A stretch of 64,000 nucleotides of DNA from an uncultured Candidatus Binatia bacterium (lineage in GTDB: Bacteria; Desulfobacterota; Binatia; UBA9968; JAJDTQ01): NCBI GenBank assembly GCA_965204235.1, contig OZ241979.1, positions 2,744,907-2,808,906 of the forward strand, in the 5' to 3' direction. A program made the translations under genes and the position numbers. A model generated the notes under the pieces. It was not told the origin of the DNA and did no database searches. It worked only from the letters and a program-made list of their open reading frames with translations. Positions 8,979 to 17,587 of this stretch are shown here, piece after piece. Each line of letters opens with the position of its first letter. The stretch's first letter is position 1.

Positions 8979-9644
8979 TCAAGACCCTCTTGTACCGAAA
9001 CCGCCGGCTCCACCGAGCACCGACAAGTCAAGTTGACTCACCCGAGTCTCTCCTGTTATCAGCTTGTGCAGCAATGCCTTGGATAGTTCGTCCAGCAGCC
9101 CCCGTTTTTGATCGGTTATTTTCAGAGCCTCGCGTACCCTTCCCAATACCGTAACCATGGCCTTCTGCTCATCAATGACTGGGTGTGGCACTTCGAGCGC
9201 CGCCAGCCGGCTGCGCGACAGGTTCGGGATCGTGGTCTTGTTGCCCGCACCCTCGAAGATGCCAAGTTGCGTGAAGGCCGACTGCAGGAAGTACACGTAG
9301 AAGCGTGGCTCGACGTCTTTGGCGATGGGCCGCAGCCGATGCAGGTGGTTCTGGAACGCCATCGGTTCGATCTCCCCGTTCCAGATCGCCGCGCGCCCGA
9401 TCTCGCCGCCTTCACAGACGAGCAAGTCCCCCGATCGGAGTAACTTGGCGGGCAATTCATGCTCGGGAATCCACATTTCGTCCACGGACGACAGGTCGAT
9501 CTTGTCCCAGAGGACGTTCGACGTGCGCAGGAACGGGATTTTGTGAGCACCGCCGCGGGCGGCGGCGGACATGGTTTTGCCCGCGCCGATCTCGAACAAC
9601 TCCCCGAGTGGTCGCCATGTCCAGGAGGGATTCATGGCGTTCAT
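8979..9644 (-). CDS. hsdS: Type I R-M specificity subunit, half-size (single TRD)
   Basis: 221 aa with one target-recognition domain plus a conserved C-terminal helix ([17 protein letters not shown]). Overlaps the hsdM stop by 4 nt. Confidence 0.85.
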   Translation of the reverse strand: MNAMNPSWTWRPLGELFEIGAGKTMSAAARGGAHKIPFLRTSNVLWDKIDLSSVDEMWIPEHELPAKLLRSGDLLVCEGGEIGRAAIWNGEIEPMAFQNHLHRLRPIAKDVEPRFYVYFLQSAFTQLGIFEGAGNKTTIPNLSRSRLAALEVPHPVIDEQKAMVTVLGRVREALKITDQKRGLLDELSKALLHKLITGETRVSQLDLSVLGGAGGFGTRGS

Positions 9645-11494
9645 TGCAGGGGCTCCAGCATTTTTGTCAGCGCTTTGTCGATCTTCCGGGCTTCAGCGTC
9701 GAGGCGTTGCATTTCGGCAAGAATGTCCTTGATGGGCCGCAATGTCCCGGCCCCCGTCTGTCCCACCCACCGACTCGGACTCAGGTTGTAGTCGCCGTCC
9801 TCCGCCTGCTCCCGCGTGATGACGGCCACCTCGCCTTCGACCGGCTCCCCCTTCACGAAGGCCTCCGCCAGCGGACGGATGTCCTCTTCCGGGATGAAGT
9901 TCTTGGGTCGGCCCTTGCGCACGCGCCGGCTGGCGTTCAGCAGCACGATCCGGTCCTTTCGCGCTGCGGGCTTGCGCTTGGACAGCACCACGACCACGCC
10001 TGCGGCGCTGGTGTTGTAGAAGAGGTTGTCGGGCAGCAGGATCACGCCGTCGATCAGGTCGTGGTCCACGAACCACTTGCGGATGTTGCGTTCGCGGTCC
10101 TCGTGCTTGCTGCCCGAACCGCGCGTCACCGCGCCGGTGTCGAGCACCACCGCGGCCCGGCCGCGTTCGTTCAGGCAGGCGAGGGTGTGTTGGAGCCATG
10201 CCCAATCGCCCTTGCCGCTGGTGACGCCGCCGCGGGGGCGGAAGCGGTCGAACGGGTCGTTGGCGAACAGGTCGGGGCTGAACGGCTGGTTCCACATGGG
10301 GTTGGCGACCACCACGTCGTGCGCGGCGATGCGGCCCGCGGGGGTCTTGAACTTCGGGTTGATCATGGTGTCGCCGCGCTCGATTTCCACTTCCATGTCG
10401 TGGATGATGGCGTTCATGTGGGCGACCGCGTAGCTCTCGGCCTGCAACTCCTGGCCGTGCAGCTTGAGCGGCACGCGGCTGGTGGGGTCCATCTCCCGGG
10501 CCACGAGTTGGAGCTTGACCAGCAGCCCGGCCGAGCCGCAGGCGTAGTCGTGGCATTGCTCGCCGGGCCTCGGGCGCATGAGGTGCGCCATCAGGAAGCC
10601 GACCTCGGTGGGGGTGAAGAACTCCCCGGCGCTCTGGCCGGAACCTTCCGCGAACTTGCGCAGCAGGTATTCGTACGCGCGGCCCAGGAAGTCGGGCTGC
10701 ACGTCGGCAAGGCCGAGCCGGTAACGCGGGTCGGAGAAGGTCTCGACCACCGCGGCGAGCTTCGCCGGGTTGACGTCCCGCTCGCCGTTGCGCTCCGCGG
10801 CAAAGTCCACCAAGTCGATGACGCCCGCAAGCGAGGGGTTGTGCCGCGCCACCGCGCGGGTTGCCTTGGTCAGGTGTTCCCCGATGTCCCTTGGTCGGGT
10901 GCTGCGTCCTTGGCCGTCCAGAGGCCATTCATGGTCTGCACGACCGCTGATTACTCCCCATCGCGCTTCCGGGGGCAGGTAGAAACGCAGCACCTCATGG
11001 TCGCTCTCGGCGATCTCCTGCGCCACGTCCGGGTCGCCGTATTCTTCGGCCAGCCGCTTGATCTCGTCGTCGAAGACGTCCGACAAGCGCTTGAGGAAGA
11101 GGAGCGGCAACAGGTAGTCTTTGAATTTGGCCGCGTCCTTCTCCCCGCGGATGGAGCAGGCCGCGTCCCAGAGCATCTGCTCCATGGGCTTGGTGGAAGG
11201 ATCGGTCATCCGCCGCCGGCGAGACCGCCTCCGCGTCACCTGGGCCACGGCTTCGGCGGGAGCAGCCGTCGCCTCCACCCCGTCCACGGCCGCTTCCGCG
11301 GCGAGGGCGACGATGGCCTCTTGGGACGCCTTCTGCGGCGTGGCTGCTCCCCCCTCCCAGCGGTTTACGCTGGCGAAGGAGACTCCGAGCCTTTCCGCAA
11401 GCTGCTCCTGTGTGAGGTCGAGTTTGGCGCGGATGGCGCGCAAGGTGCTTGAAACGGCGCTTACTTCTGGCATATCTGTCATGTTTGCATACAT
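9641..11494 (-). CDS. hsdM: Type I R-M N6-adenine DNA methyltransferase with N-terminal XRE-type HTH
   Basis: HsdM_N and N6_Mtase regions ([18 protein letters not shown]). First ~60 aa are [23 protein letters not shown], an HTH_3-like motif. Confidence 0.9.
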   Translation of the reverse strand: MYANMTDMPEVSAVSSTLRAIRAKLDLTQEQLAERLGVSFASVNRWEGGAATPQKASQEAIVALAAEAAVDGVEATAAPAEAVAQVTRRRSRRRRMTDPSTKPMEQMLWDAACSIRGEKDAAKFKDYLLPLLFLKRLSDVFDDEIKRLAEEYGDPDVAQEIAESDHEVLRFYLPPEARWGVISGRADHEWPLDGQGRSTRPRDIGEHLTKATRAVARHNPSLAGVIDLVDFAAERNGERDVNPAKLAAVVETFSDPRYRLGLADVQPDFLGRAYEYLLRKFAEGSGQSAGEFFTPTEVGFLMAHLMRPRPGEQCHDYACGSAGLLVKLQLVAREMDPTSRVPLKLHGQELQAESYAVAHMNAIIHDMEVEIERGDTMINPKFKTPAGRIAAHDVVVANPMWNQPFSPDLFANDPFDRFRPRGGVTSGKGDWAWLQHTLACLNERGRAAVVLDTGAVTRGSGSKHEDRERNIRKWFVDHDLIDGVILLPDNLFYNTSAAGVVVVLSKRKPAARKDRIVLLNASRRVRKGRPKNFIPEEDIRPLAEAFVKGEPVEGEVAVITREQAEDGDYNLSPSRWVGQTGAGTLRPIKDILAEMQRLDAEARKIDKALTKMLEPLQ

Positions 11495-11585
11495 AACATC
11501 TGTTCAGATGGTTTTCCAGCCCCTCCGAACGGCTCGGACTTCAGGGTAGGTGCCTACGGTAGTGGGATTATGGTATCTTGCCGGT

Positions 11586-12878
11586 ATGCAAAGACGCCGG
11601 TTGCCAACGGAGAGCGTGATGGATGACGCGGACCTGAGACGCCGCATCCGGCTCGGTGAGGACTCGATCCTGGAGTTCAAGGCTGTCGTCGTCTCCGGCG
11701 GTAGTGTCGCTGCGCCCGACCGGAATGCAATCGCGGATGAACTGGCTGCCCTGGCCAACAGCCGGGGAGGGACGTTGGTCCTCGGCGTGGGCGACAAGAC
11801 TCCCCGGATCCAAGGTATTCCACTTGACGGTCTCGACGCGGTAGAAGGCTGGGTCCGCGAGATCTGCAACGACTCGGTGAAGCCTCCGTTGGATGCCGAT
11901 ATCCTCAAGATCGAGTTGGAGAATGCGGAGGGTCAACTCGTCCCCTTATTGCGGGTGGACGTTGGGCGCGGCTTGTTCGTTCACCGGAGCCCGGGCGGGT
12001 ACTTTCGCAGGGTCGGCAGTTCCAAGCGCGAGATGACCCCGGAGGTCCTTGCCCGGCTGTTCCAGGAACGCAGCCAGACCCGGCTCATCCGTTTCGACGA
12101 GTCCGCGGTGCCCGGCGCGGCGCCATCCGATCTGCACTACTCGCTGACGCAACGTTTCCTGCAGGGAGACGCCGTCGATGCTCCTTCCACGTCGTCGCAC
12201 GACGACGCCCTCGAAGCGTCCGAAGACATGTTGCGCAAGCTCCGCATCGTCACCGAGGATCTGGACGGAAACGCTCGCTTGACGCTCGCCGGTGTCCTCC
12301 TCTGCACGCCGGAACCGCAACGGTGGCTCCCTCATGCCTACATACAGGCCGTCAGCTACGCCGGCGAGCGCACCGACGCCGACTACCAGAGCGATGCGCG
12401 CGACATCGGGGGGCCGCTCGACGAACAGGTTGCGGAAGCGCTGCACTTCGTGCGGCGGAACATGCTGGTGCGAGCAACCAAGGCCCCCGCCCGGTCGGAC
12501 CGCCCTCAGTTCAGCGAGCGGGCCGTGTTCGAGGCCATCGTGAACGCAGTGGCTCACCGCGACTATTCCATGGCCGGCGCCCGCGTGCGCCTGCACCTGT
12601 TCGGCGACAGGCTGGAACTCTACGTACCCGGCGCGCTGGTCAACACGCTGACCCCGGACAGCCTGCACCTGCGGCAGGCGAACCGGAACGAGCTCATCGT
12701 ATCCCTGTTGTCGCGTTGCAAGGCGCCAACGGGCGTCGGGCGCACACGGCTGATGGACCGGCGCGGGGATGGAGTGCCGATCATTCGTCGGGAATGCCGA
12801 GAGTTGTCGGGACGGCTGCCCGATTACGGCCTCATCGACGACAGCGAACTGCGCCTGGTGATGTGGACCGCGGCGTAG
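11586..12878 (+). CDS. AlbA_2 + HATPase_c_4-type putative transcriptional regulator (RecG-like DNA-binding protein)
   Basis: LEFK...GGTLVLGV AlbA_2 N-terminus and AIVNAVAHRDY ATPase-like C-terminal module. Start ambiguous (11550/11586/11619). Confidence 0.75.
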   Translation: MQRRRLPTESVMDDADLRRRIRLGEDSILEFKAVVVSGGSVAAPDRNAIADELAALANSRGGTLVLGVGDKTPRIQGIPLDGLDAVEGWVREICNDSVKPPLDADILKIELENAEGQLVPLLRVDVGRGLFVHRSPGGYFRRVGSSKREMTPEVLARLFQERSQTRLIRFDESAVPGAAPSDLHYSLTQRFLQGDAVDAPSTSSHDDALEASEDMLRKLRIVTEDLDGNARLTLAGVLLCTPEPQRWLPHAYIQAVSYAGERTDADYQSDARDIGGPLDEQVAEALHFVRRNMLVRATKAPARSDRPQFSERAVFEAIVNAVAHRDYSMAGARVRLHLFGDRLELYVPGALVNTLTPDSLHLRQANRNELIVSLLSRCKAPTGVGRTRLMDRRGDGVPIIRRECRELSGRLPDYGLIDDSELRLVMWTAA

Positions 12879-12887
12879 GGAGCGGAC

Positions 12888-13670
12888 TTGAGCGATACAA
12901 AGCAGATCGTCTGCCTTGCGAACTCCCGGAAGCTATCGGGCCGGTACATCGCGGGCCGAGAATGGAGCGAAGAACGTGGAGCAGGGAACTGGATTCGGCC
13001 GGTGAGCGACAGGGAAGGCGGGGAAGTGTCCGAGTACGAGCGCCAGTACGAGGACGGCAGCGACCCCCAGGTGCTCGACATCATCAGCATCCCGGTTATC
13101 GAGCCGCAGCCCAAGGACTGGCAAACGGAGAACTGGTTGCTGGACCCCGAGTTCTACTGGCGAAAGGAGGGAAGGTACTCGTGGTTCGACCTTGCCGATC
13201 TCCTGGATCCCGTTGCGCCGCTTTGGATCGACGGGTACAACACCTCCAATGGGCGGCATGACAAGATACCGTTGGATTTTGTGGATACGCTCCTTCAGCG
13301 ACCTGAAGACGGCTTGGTTCGCGGACGGCACGACAAGGTACCGCTGGATTCGTTGGAGTCGGTTTCCGGTTCGCTGCGCCTCATCCGTGTCGAGCGGCTC
13401 GAATTCTCCGTGTTCAAGCCCGGCGAGGCATTCGGCAACGCCAAGCGGCGCGTGCAGGGGCGGTTCTCCTACGCCGGCAAGGACTATGCGCTCTGGGTGA
13501 CCGATCCCTTGTACGAACGGCAGTACTTGGCGAAGCTGGACGGCGTTTACGAGATCGGCGAATGCTACTTGACCGTCAGTCTCGGAGAACCGTACCGAGA
13601 CGCCTGCTATAAGCTCATTGCCGCGATCATCGAGTGCGACCCGCGGCAGCGGCGCGAGCGACGCAGATGA
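12888..13670 (+). CDS. Hypothetical protein (conserved-looking N-terminus IVCLANSRKLSGRYIAG)
   Basis: 260-aa ORF with a TTG start preceded by GGGAG. Coding-like composition and an internal GRHDK(I/V)PLD duplication. No family recognised. Confidence 0.55.
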   Translation: MSDTKQIVCLANSRKLSGRYIAGREWSEERGAGNWIRPVSDREGGEVSEYERQYEDGSDPQVLDIISIPVIEPQPKDWQTENWLLDPEFYWRKEGRYSWFDLADLLDPVAPLWIDGYNTSNGRHDKIPLDFVDTLLQRPEDGLVRGRHDKVPLDSLESVSGSLRLIRVERLEFSVFKPGEAFGNAKRRVQGRFSYAGKDYALWVTDPLYERQYLAKLDGVYEIGECYLTVSLGEPYRDACYKLIAAIIECDPRQRRERRR

Positions 13671-13759
13671 CGGACCAGCCGATCTTCACGGTCGGCCACT
13701 CCAACCACTCGTGCATCGCCTTCGTGCGCGAGAGTCCTGGCGCGGGGCCGGAACGGTAG
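13667..13759 (+). pseudogene. DUF488-like N-terminal fragment (30 aa)
   Basis: MTDQPIFTVGHSNHSCIAFV resembles the DUF488 N-terminus (IYTIGHSN). Its ATG overlaps the upstream stop (ATGA), and a stop follows after 30 codons. Confidence 0.45.
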
Positions 13760-13770
13760 ATCCCGTGAGG

Positions 13771-13878
13771 ATGTGGACCATCGGCTTCACCCGGAAGCCC
13801 GCTCGCCGATTCTTCGAGTTGCTGCGTCAGCCGGCCGCCCTTCCCGCTCCCCGTCACTCTCCGAACGTGGCGCGGTAG
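13771..13878 (+). pseudogene. Second DUF488-like N-terminal fragment
   Basis: MWTIGFTRKPARRFFELLRQ resembles the DUF488 start (TIGF..K.AE.FFELL). It runs into the 3-prime end of the convergent gene. Confidence 0.4.
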
Positions 13879-14558
13879 TCCTCCCATGCCTTCGGGCCTG
13901 CCCGGTCGAAGACCTTCTCGCGTACTCCGCCGGCGTATTGCGCGGGAATGAAGTTGATCTTCTCGGTGAACGAGGGCTTCAGGCGAACGCCCTTGGCGCG
14001 CAACTCGTCCGCCATGACGAGGTTGTCCAGGACCGTGCGGATCTCCTCGTGGTCGGTCCACATGGCCTTGTACGCCACCCGTCCGTCCTTGCCGACGATA
14101 TAGACCATGTTGGGGAGGACGCCGTAGAGCCGATGCACGGCGCCTTCGATGTCGTCCACCAGCAACGGGTTCTCGATGCCGTCCTGCTCCCGGCACTGGC
14201 GCGCGTATTCGAGCTTTTGCTCGAAGTCCGCGTGTGGACCGTAGTGCTCCCCGGGATGGGGCTCGCGCACGTAGATGGTGAGGAACTCGAAGCCTCGGTC
14301 TCGGTAGTTCCGGTACAGTTCGTTGAGGGGCGAGACCTCGCCCACGAAGGGCGGTCAGGTGATGCTGCCGAACTCCAGCAGTACGTGCTTCCGATCCCGG
14401 AACCCGGAGAGCCGAACCGTGTCCCCTTCGAGGGTCCGGAGGCTGAAGTCGGGCGCCTCCTCGCCCGCCCGCAGGCGCCCGGCGAAGTCTCCAGCCTTGT
14501 TCGAACTCTCCGACCGGTTGAAGGTATGGTAGTTGTAAGCGGCCACCGACGGGTCCAT
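13854..14558 (-). CDS. Iodothyronine-deiodinase-like thioredoxin-fold selenoprotein (in-frame TGA = Sec at 14355-14357)
   Basis: ORFs 14355..14630 and 13854..14345 share a frame and are joined by one TGA. The junction reads LLEFGSIT-U-PPFVGE, then FLTIYVREPHPGE. AGGAGG/AAGGAG lies upstream of ATG 14558. Confidence 0.8.
14329..14342 (-). promoter_or_regulatory. SECIS-like hairpin 12 nt downstream of the UGA
   Basis: The mRNA reads UGA-N12-GGCGA GGUC UCGCC: a 5-6 bp GC stem with a GGUC apical loop, as in bacterial SECIS elements. Confidence 0.6.
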
Positions 14559-14676
14559 CCGTTGCTCCTTTCCTCCTGGGGCTGACTTGCAGCCCGTCCG
14601 ACATGCGGGAACCTGCTCCGAAGAATCCACTCCGAAACTACTACGAAACCGGCGGACGGTTCCACCACCGGACTTC

Positions 14677-14770
14677 GGAACCCCTGAACGATCGGGACAA
14701 GGGGTATGAGCGCGTCCTTCGACTCCGCTTCGCTGCGCTCGGGACGAACGGGGACAGGGGGGTCAGGACC
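14677..14770 (-). repeat. MITE-like repeat copy 2 (degenerate)
   Basis: ggaacccctgaacgat...gcgcgtccttcgactccgcttcgctgcgctcgggacgaacgg. Its degenerate end overlaps the rluD stop codon. Confidence 0.7.
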
Positions 14771-15731
14771 GGGAGTCCTCTTCCAGGGCCGCCATGAGTC
14801 CACGCATGTCGTCCGGCGCGGGCGCGGTCCATTCGAGGGACTCGCCGGTCTCCGGGTGGCGCAGTCCCAGCCTTTCGGCGTGCAGAGCCTGCCGCGGGAA
14901 GCCGCGCAACGCCTCGGTGAGCTTCGGTCCCGCACCCTTGTCGTTGCGACTGCGGCCCCCGTACACAGGGTCGCCGAGGACGGGGTGTCCGATGTGCGCC
15001 ATGTGCACCCGGATCTGGTGCGTGCGCCCGGATTCCAGCCGGACTTGCAGGAGCGTGTGGCTCCGGTACGCCGCTTTCACCCGGTAGTGGCTCGTCGCCT
15101 CCTTCCCGCGGGCGCGCACCGACATGCGGGTCCGGTGGACCGGGTGCCGCCCGATGGGCGCCGCGACCGAGCCCCCGGCGCGGACGACGCCCCGGACGAG
15201 AGCCAGGTATTCCCGCTTGACCTTTCGCGCCTGGAGCTGCCGGACCAGGCGCAGCCGCACGGACTCGCTCCGGGCCACCGCCAGCAGCCCCGAGGTATCC
15301 TTGTCCAGCCGGTGAACGATGCCGGCCCGCGAGACGGCCTCGAGCTCGGGGGCGTGGTGCATCACCGCGTTGAGCAGGGTCCCTTCCGGGTTGCCCGCTC
15401 CGGGGTGCACCACCATTCCGGGAGGCTTGTTGACCACCAGCAGCGCGGCGTCCTCGTGGACGACCTCCAGGGGTATGGCCTGCGCCTTCCAGGAGACGCC
15501 GACGGACTCCGGCGGGTCCATCTCGATGACCGCGCCGACCGAGACCTTGTCCGAGCACTCGGGGACGCGGCCGTCCAGCCGGACGTGTCCCTCGCGGACC
15601 CATCGCTGGAGCCGCGAACGCGAGTAATCCGGCAACAGCGCCGCCAACGCCGCGTCCAGCCGCTTGCCGTGGAGCGTCTGCGGCGCCTCGACGCGTATCC
15701 CGAACCCTCGCTCGTGGACGTTCGTGCTCAT
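14763..15731 (-). CDS. rluD: 23S rRNA pseudouridine synthase RluD (RluA family, S4 domain)
   Basis: S4 domain (RLDAALAALL...SRSRLQRWVREG) and the HRLDKDTSGLL catalytic motif. Confidence 0.9.
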   Translation of the reverse strand: MSTNVHERGFGIRVEAPQTLHGKRLDAALAALLPDYSRSRLQRWVREGHVRLDGRVPECSDKVSVGAVIEMDPPESVGVSWKAQAIPLEVVHEDAALLVVNKPPGMVVHPGAGNPEGTLLNAVMHHAPELEAVSRAGIVHRLDKDTSGLLAVARSESVRLRLVRQLQARKVKREYLALVRGVVRAGGSVAAPIGRHPVHRTRMSVRARGKEATSHYRVKAAYRSHTLLQVRLESGRTHQIRVHMAHIGHPVLGDPVYGGRSRNDKGAGPKLTEALRGFPRQALHAERLGLRHPETGESLEWTAPAPDDMRGLMAALEEDSRS

Positions 15732-15864
15732 GGGAAAGAAGGCCGCCGGTCAGATGGCCGCCGGTTTCCGCGGGGACCGACATCGCAGCTTGTTCCTTTC
15801 GCCAGTGGATTGCAACGGAACCGCGCCGTTGCGGTCCTTCCGCCCGGTTCACTTACCCGATTAT

Positions 15865-15973
15865 GGAACGTCTGGTCCATTCCGGCTTGAGTTCCCTCCC
15901 CCCTATGGGAAAGCGCGTCCTTCGACTTTGCTTCGCTACGCTCAGGACGAACGGGGCAATCGTCAGAGTTTCC
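15865..15973 (-). repeat. MITE-like repeat copy 3 (complete, 109 bp)
   Basis: Both terminal repeats are present (ggaacgtctggtccattcc ... caatcgtcagagtttcc) around the conserved core. Confidence 0.85.
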
Positions 15974-16032
15974 CGGCTCTTCAGGCTTTCGTGTAGGTTG
16001 TGACGCTTCCTCCCACGCGAAGAACTCCGATC

Positions 16033-16055
16033 CCCTCCCCCCTTGAGGGGGAGGG
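16033..16055. repeat. C-run/G-run hairpin (ccctccccc ...5 nt... gggggaggg) followed by a second G-run
   Basis: Perfect 9-bp inverted repeat read directly, in the rluD/ubiD-like divergent intergenic region. Confidence 0.6.
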
Positions 16056-16083
16056 TTAGGGAGGGGGGGCCCGCACCGACGGA

Positions 16084-16118
16084 CTCAGGACGAACGGGGG
16101 TCGTTGTTCAGCGCTTCC
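16084..16118 (-). repeat. MITE-like repeat copy 4 (terminal fragment)
   Basis: ctcaggacgaacgggggtcgttgttcagcgcttcc equals the 3-prime end of the family consensus. Confidence 0.65.
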
Positions 16119-16159
16119 TTGCGATTGACGGGCGCGGTCCCGCGCCTTAGACTTGGCCG

Positions 16160-17530
16160 ATGGACCTGAGAACGTACCTCGAGTCCGTAAGGCGCGCGGC
16201 GCCCGACCGTCTGCTGGAGGTCACCGACAAGCACGACATCCGTCTGGAGGTCTGCGCCATGATCGCCGACCTGGAGAAGCGCAAGCGGGAGCCGCTGGTG
16301 CTCTTCTCGAACATCGACAACCTGAGCGGCGAGCCCTCGGAGTTCCCGCTGTTGATGAACGTGTTCGCGTCTCGCGCCGCCTGCTCGGTGGCCCTTGGCC
16401 TTGCGCCCGAGCAGGCCGGACGGGAGCTGATGATCGAGTTCCAGGCCCGGGAGGCGCGGCGGGAAACGCCCGTGGTGGTGGGCGCCGGCGACGCTCCGGT
16501 GAAACAGGTCAAGATGGACCCCAACCTCCACTTCCTGCCGGTGTTGACACATCACGTCGCGGACCGCGGTCCGTACCTCACCATGACGTGGTCCGCCAGG
16601 GACCCGGACACGGGCGTTTACAATTCCTCTTTCCACCGCTGCTACGTGCGCGACCCGAACCACGTGGTGATGTTCTTCGAGCGCCGCCACCTCTGGGACT
16701 ACTACGTGCGCGCGGAACGGCGCAACGAGGCGCTGCCGGTGGCCTGCGTCGTCGGACACCACCCGGCCTACTACCTCGGCAACTGCATCCTCAACGGCAT
16801 TGCCGACGACGAATACGAGAGCATCGGGGGGCTCATGGGAGAGCCGCTGCGGCTGGTGGCGTCCGAGACCTTCGGCGAGGAGTTGCTGGTGCCCGCGGAC
16901 GCCGAGATGGTCATTGAAGGCCGCGTGCTGCCGCACCGGCGGGACAGGGAGGGACCGTTCGGCGACTTCACCGGCCTGTACGGCGCCGCGGGCGAAGCTC
17001 CCCTGGTGGAGGTCACCGCCATCACCCATCGTCGGGGCGCCTACTGCATGGACATCCTGGCGGGCCACCGGGACCATCGCCTGCTGGGCGCCGTGCCCAA
17101 GGAGGGCAGCATCTACCGCAAGGTGCAAGCGGTGGTGCCCACGGTGAGGTCGGTGTGTCTGCCCATGAGCGGCGCCGGCCGGTTCCACTGCTACCTCAGC
17201 ATCGACAAGCGCTGCGAGGGCGAGGCCAAGCTGGCCGCCATGGCCGCGTTCACCGGCTCGGAGCTGCTCAAGCACGTGGTCGTGGTGGACGCGGACATCG
17301 ACGTGTACGACGAGGAACAGGTGCTCTGGGCGGTGGCCACCCGGGTGGACGCGGCCACCGACGTCTCGATCATCGACCGGGTCAAGGGCAGCCGCCTGGA
17401 TCCCGTGCATCCGGGTCAGGACTGGGGCTCGAAGCTCATCATCGACGCCTGCCGGAACGAGGACATCGACTTCCCCGAGCGCATCGCTACGGCCGAGTAC
17501 GGGAAGCGGGCAGGGGAATCCCGCGGGTGA
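16160..17530 (+). CDS. UbiD-family (prFMN-dependent) decarboxylase
   Basis: 456 aa. UbiD-like N-terminus (DLRTYLESV...PLVLFSNI) and overall length and architecture. Confidence 0.8.
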   Translation: MDLRTYLESVRRAAPDRLLEVTDKHDIRLEVCAMIADLEKRKREPLVLFSNIDNLSGEPSEFPLLMNVFASRAACSVALGLAPEQAGRELMIEFQAREARRETPVVVGAGDAPVKQVKMDPNLHFLPVLTHHVADRGPYLTMTWSARDPDTGVYNSSFHRCYVRDPNHVVMFFERRHLWDYYVRAERRNEALPVACVVGHHPAYYLGNCILNGIADDEYESIGGLMGEPLRLVASETFGEELLVPADAEMVIEGRVLPHRRDREGPFGDFTGLYGAAGEAPLVEVTAITHRRGAYCMDILAGHRDHRLLGAVPKEGSIYRKVQAVVPTVRSVCLPMSGAGRFHCYLSIDKRCEGEAKLAAMAAFTGSELLKHVVVVDADIDVYDEEQVLWAVATRVDAATDVSIIDRVKGSRLDPVHPGQDWGSKLIIDACRNEDIDFPERIATAEYGKRAGESRG

Positions 17531-17587
17531 AGCGGCATGGCGTCCGCGAACGGACCGCAAGGGTCCGCGGGATTCGGGAGTAGGGAT

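Larger units (their letters stand above)
6579..8982 (-). pseudogene. Tandem TIR-domain protein gene disrupted by an IS5-family insertion (N-part 8063-8982, C-part 6579-6832)
   Basis: TIR core VFLSHSKHDD...FLDVHDIPPG...YSSREWCRHEVIEAKRRNVPMVVV, preceded by a TIR-like module FTLYVVWHPGYADG. Removing 6833-8066 restores one 1170-nt ORF. Confidence 0.85.

Noticed and set aside
7003-8982. Single 659-aa TIR-transposase fusion protein
   Set aside because: The continuity is accidental read-through across the IS end. Terminal repeats and the TCAA duplication show an insertion, and the transposase has its own ATG at 7962.
9305-11452. 715-aa plus-strand ORF
   Set aside because: It is antisense to hsdM and is a shadow ORF.
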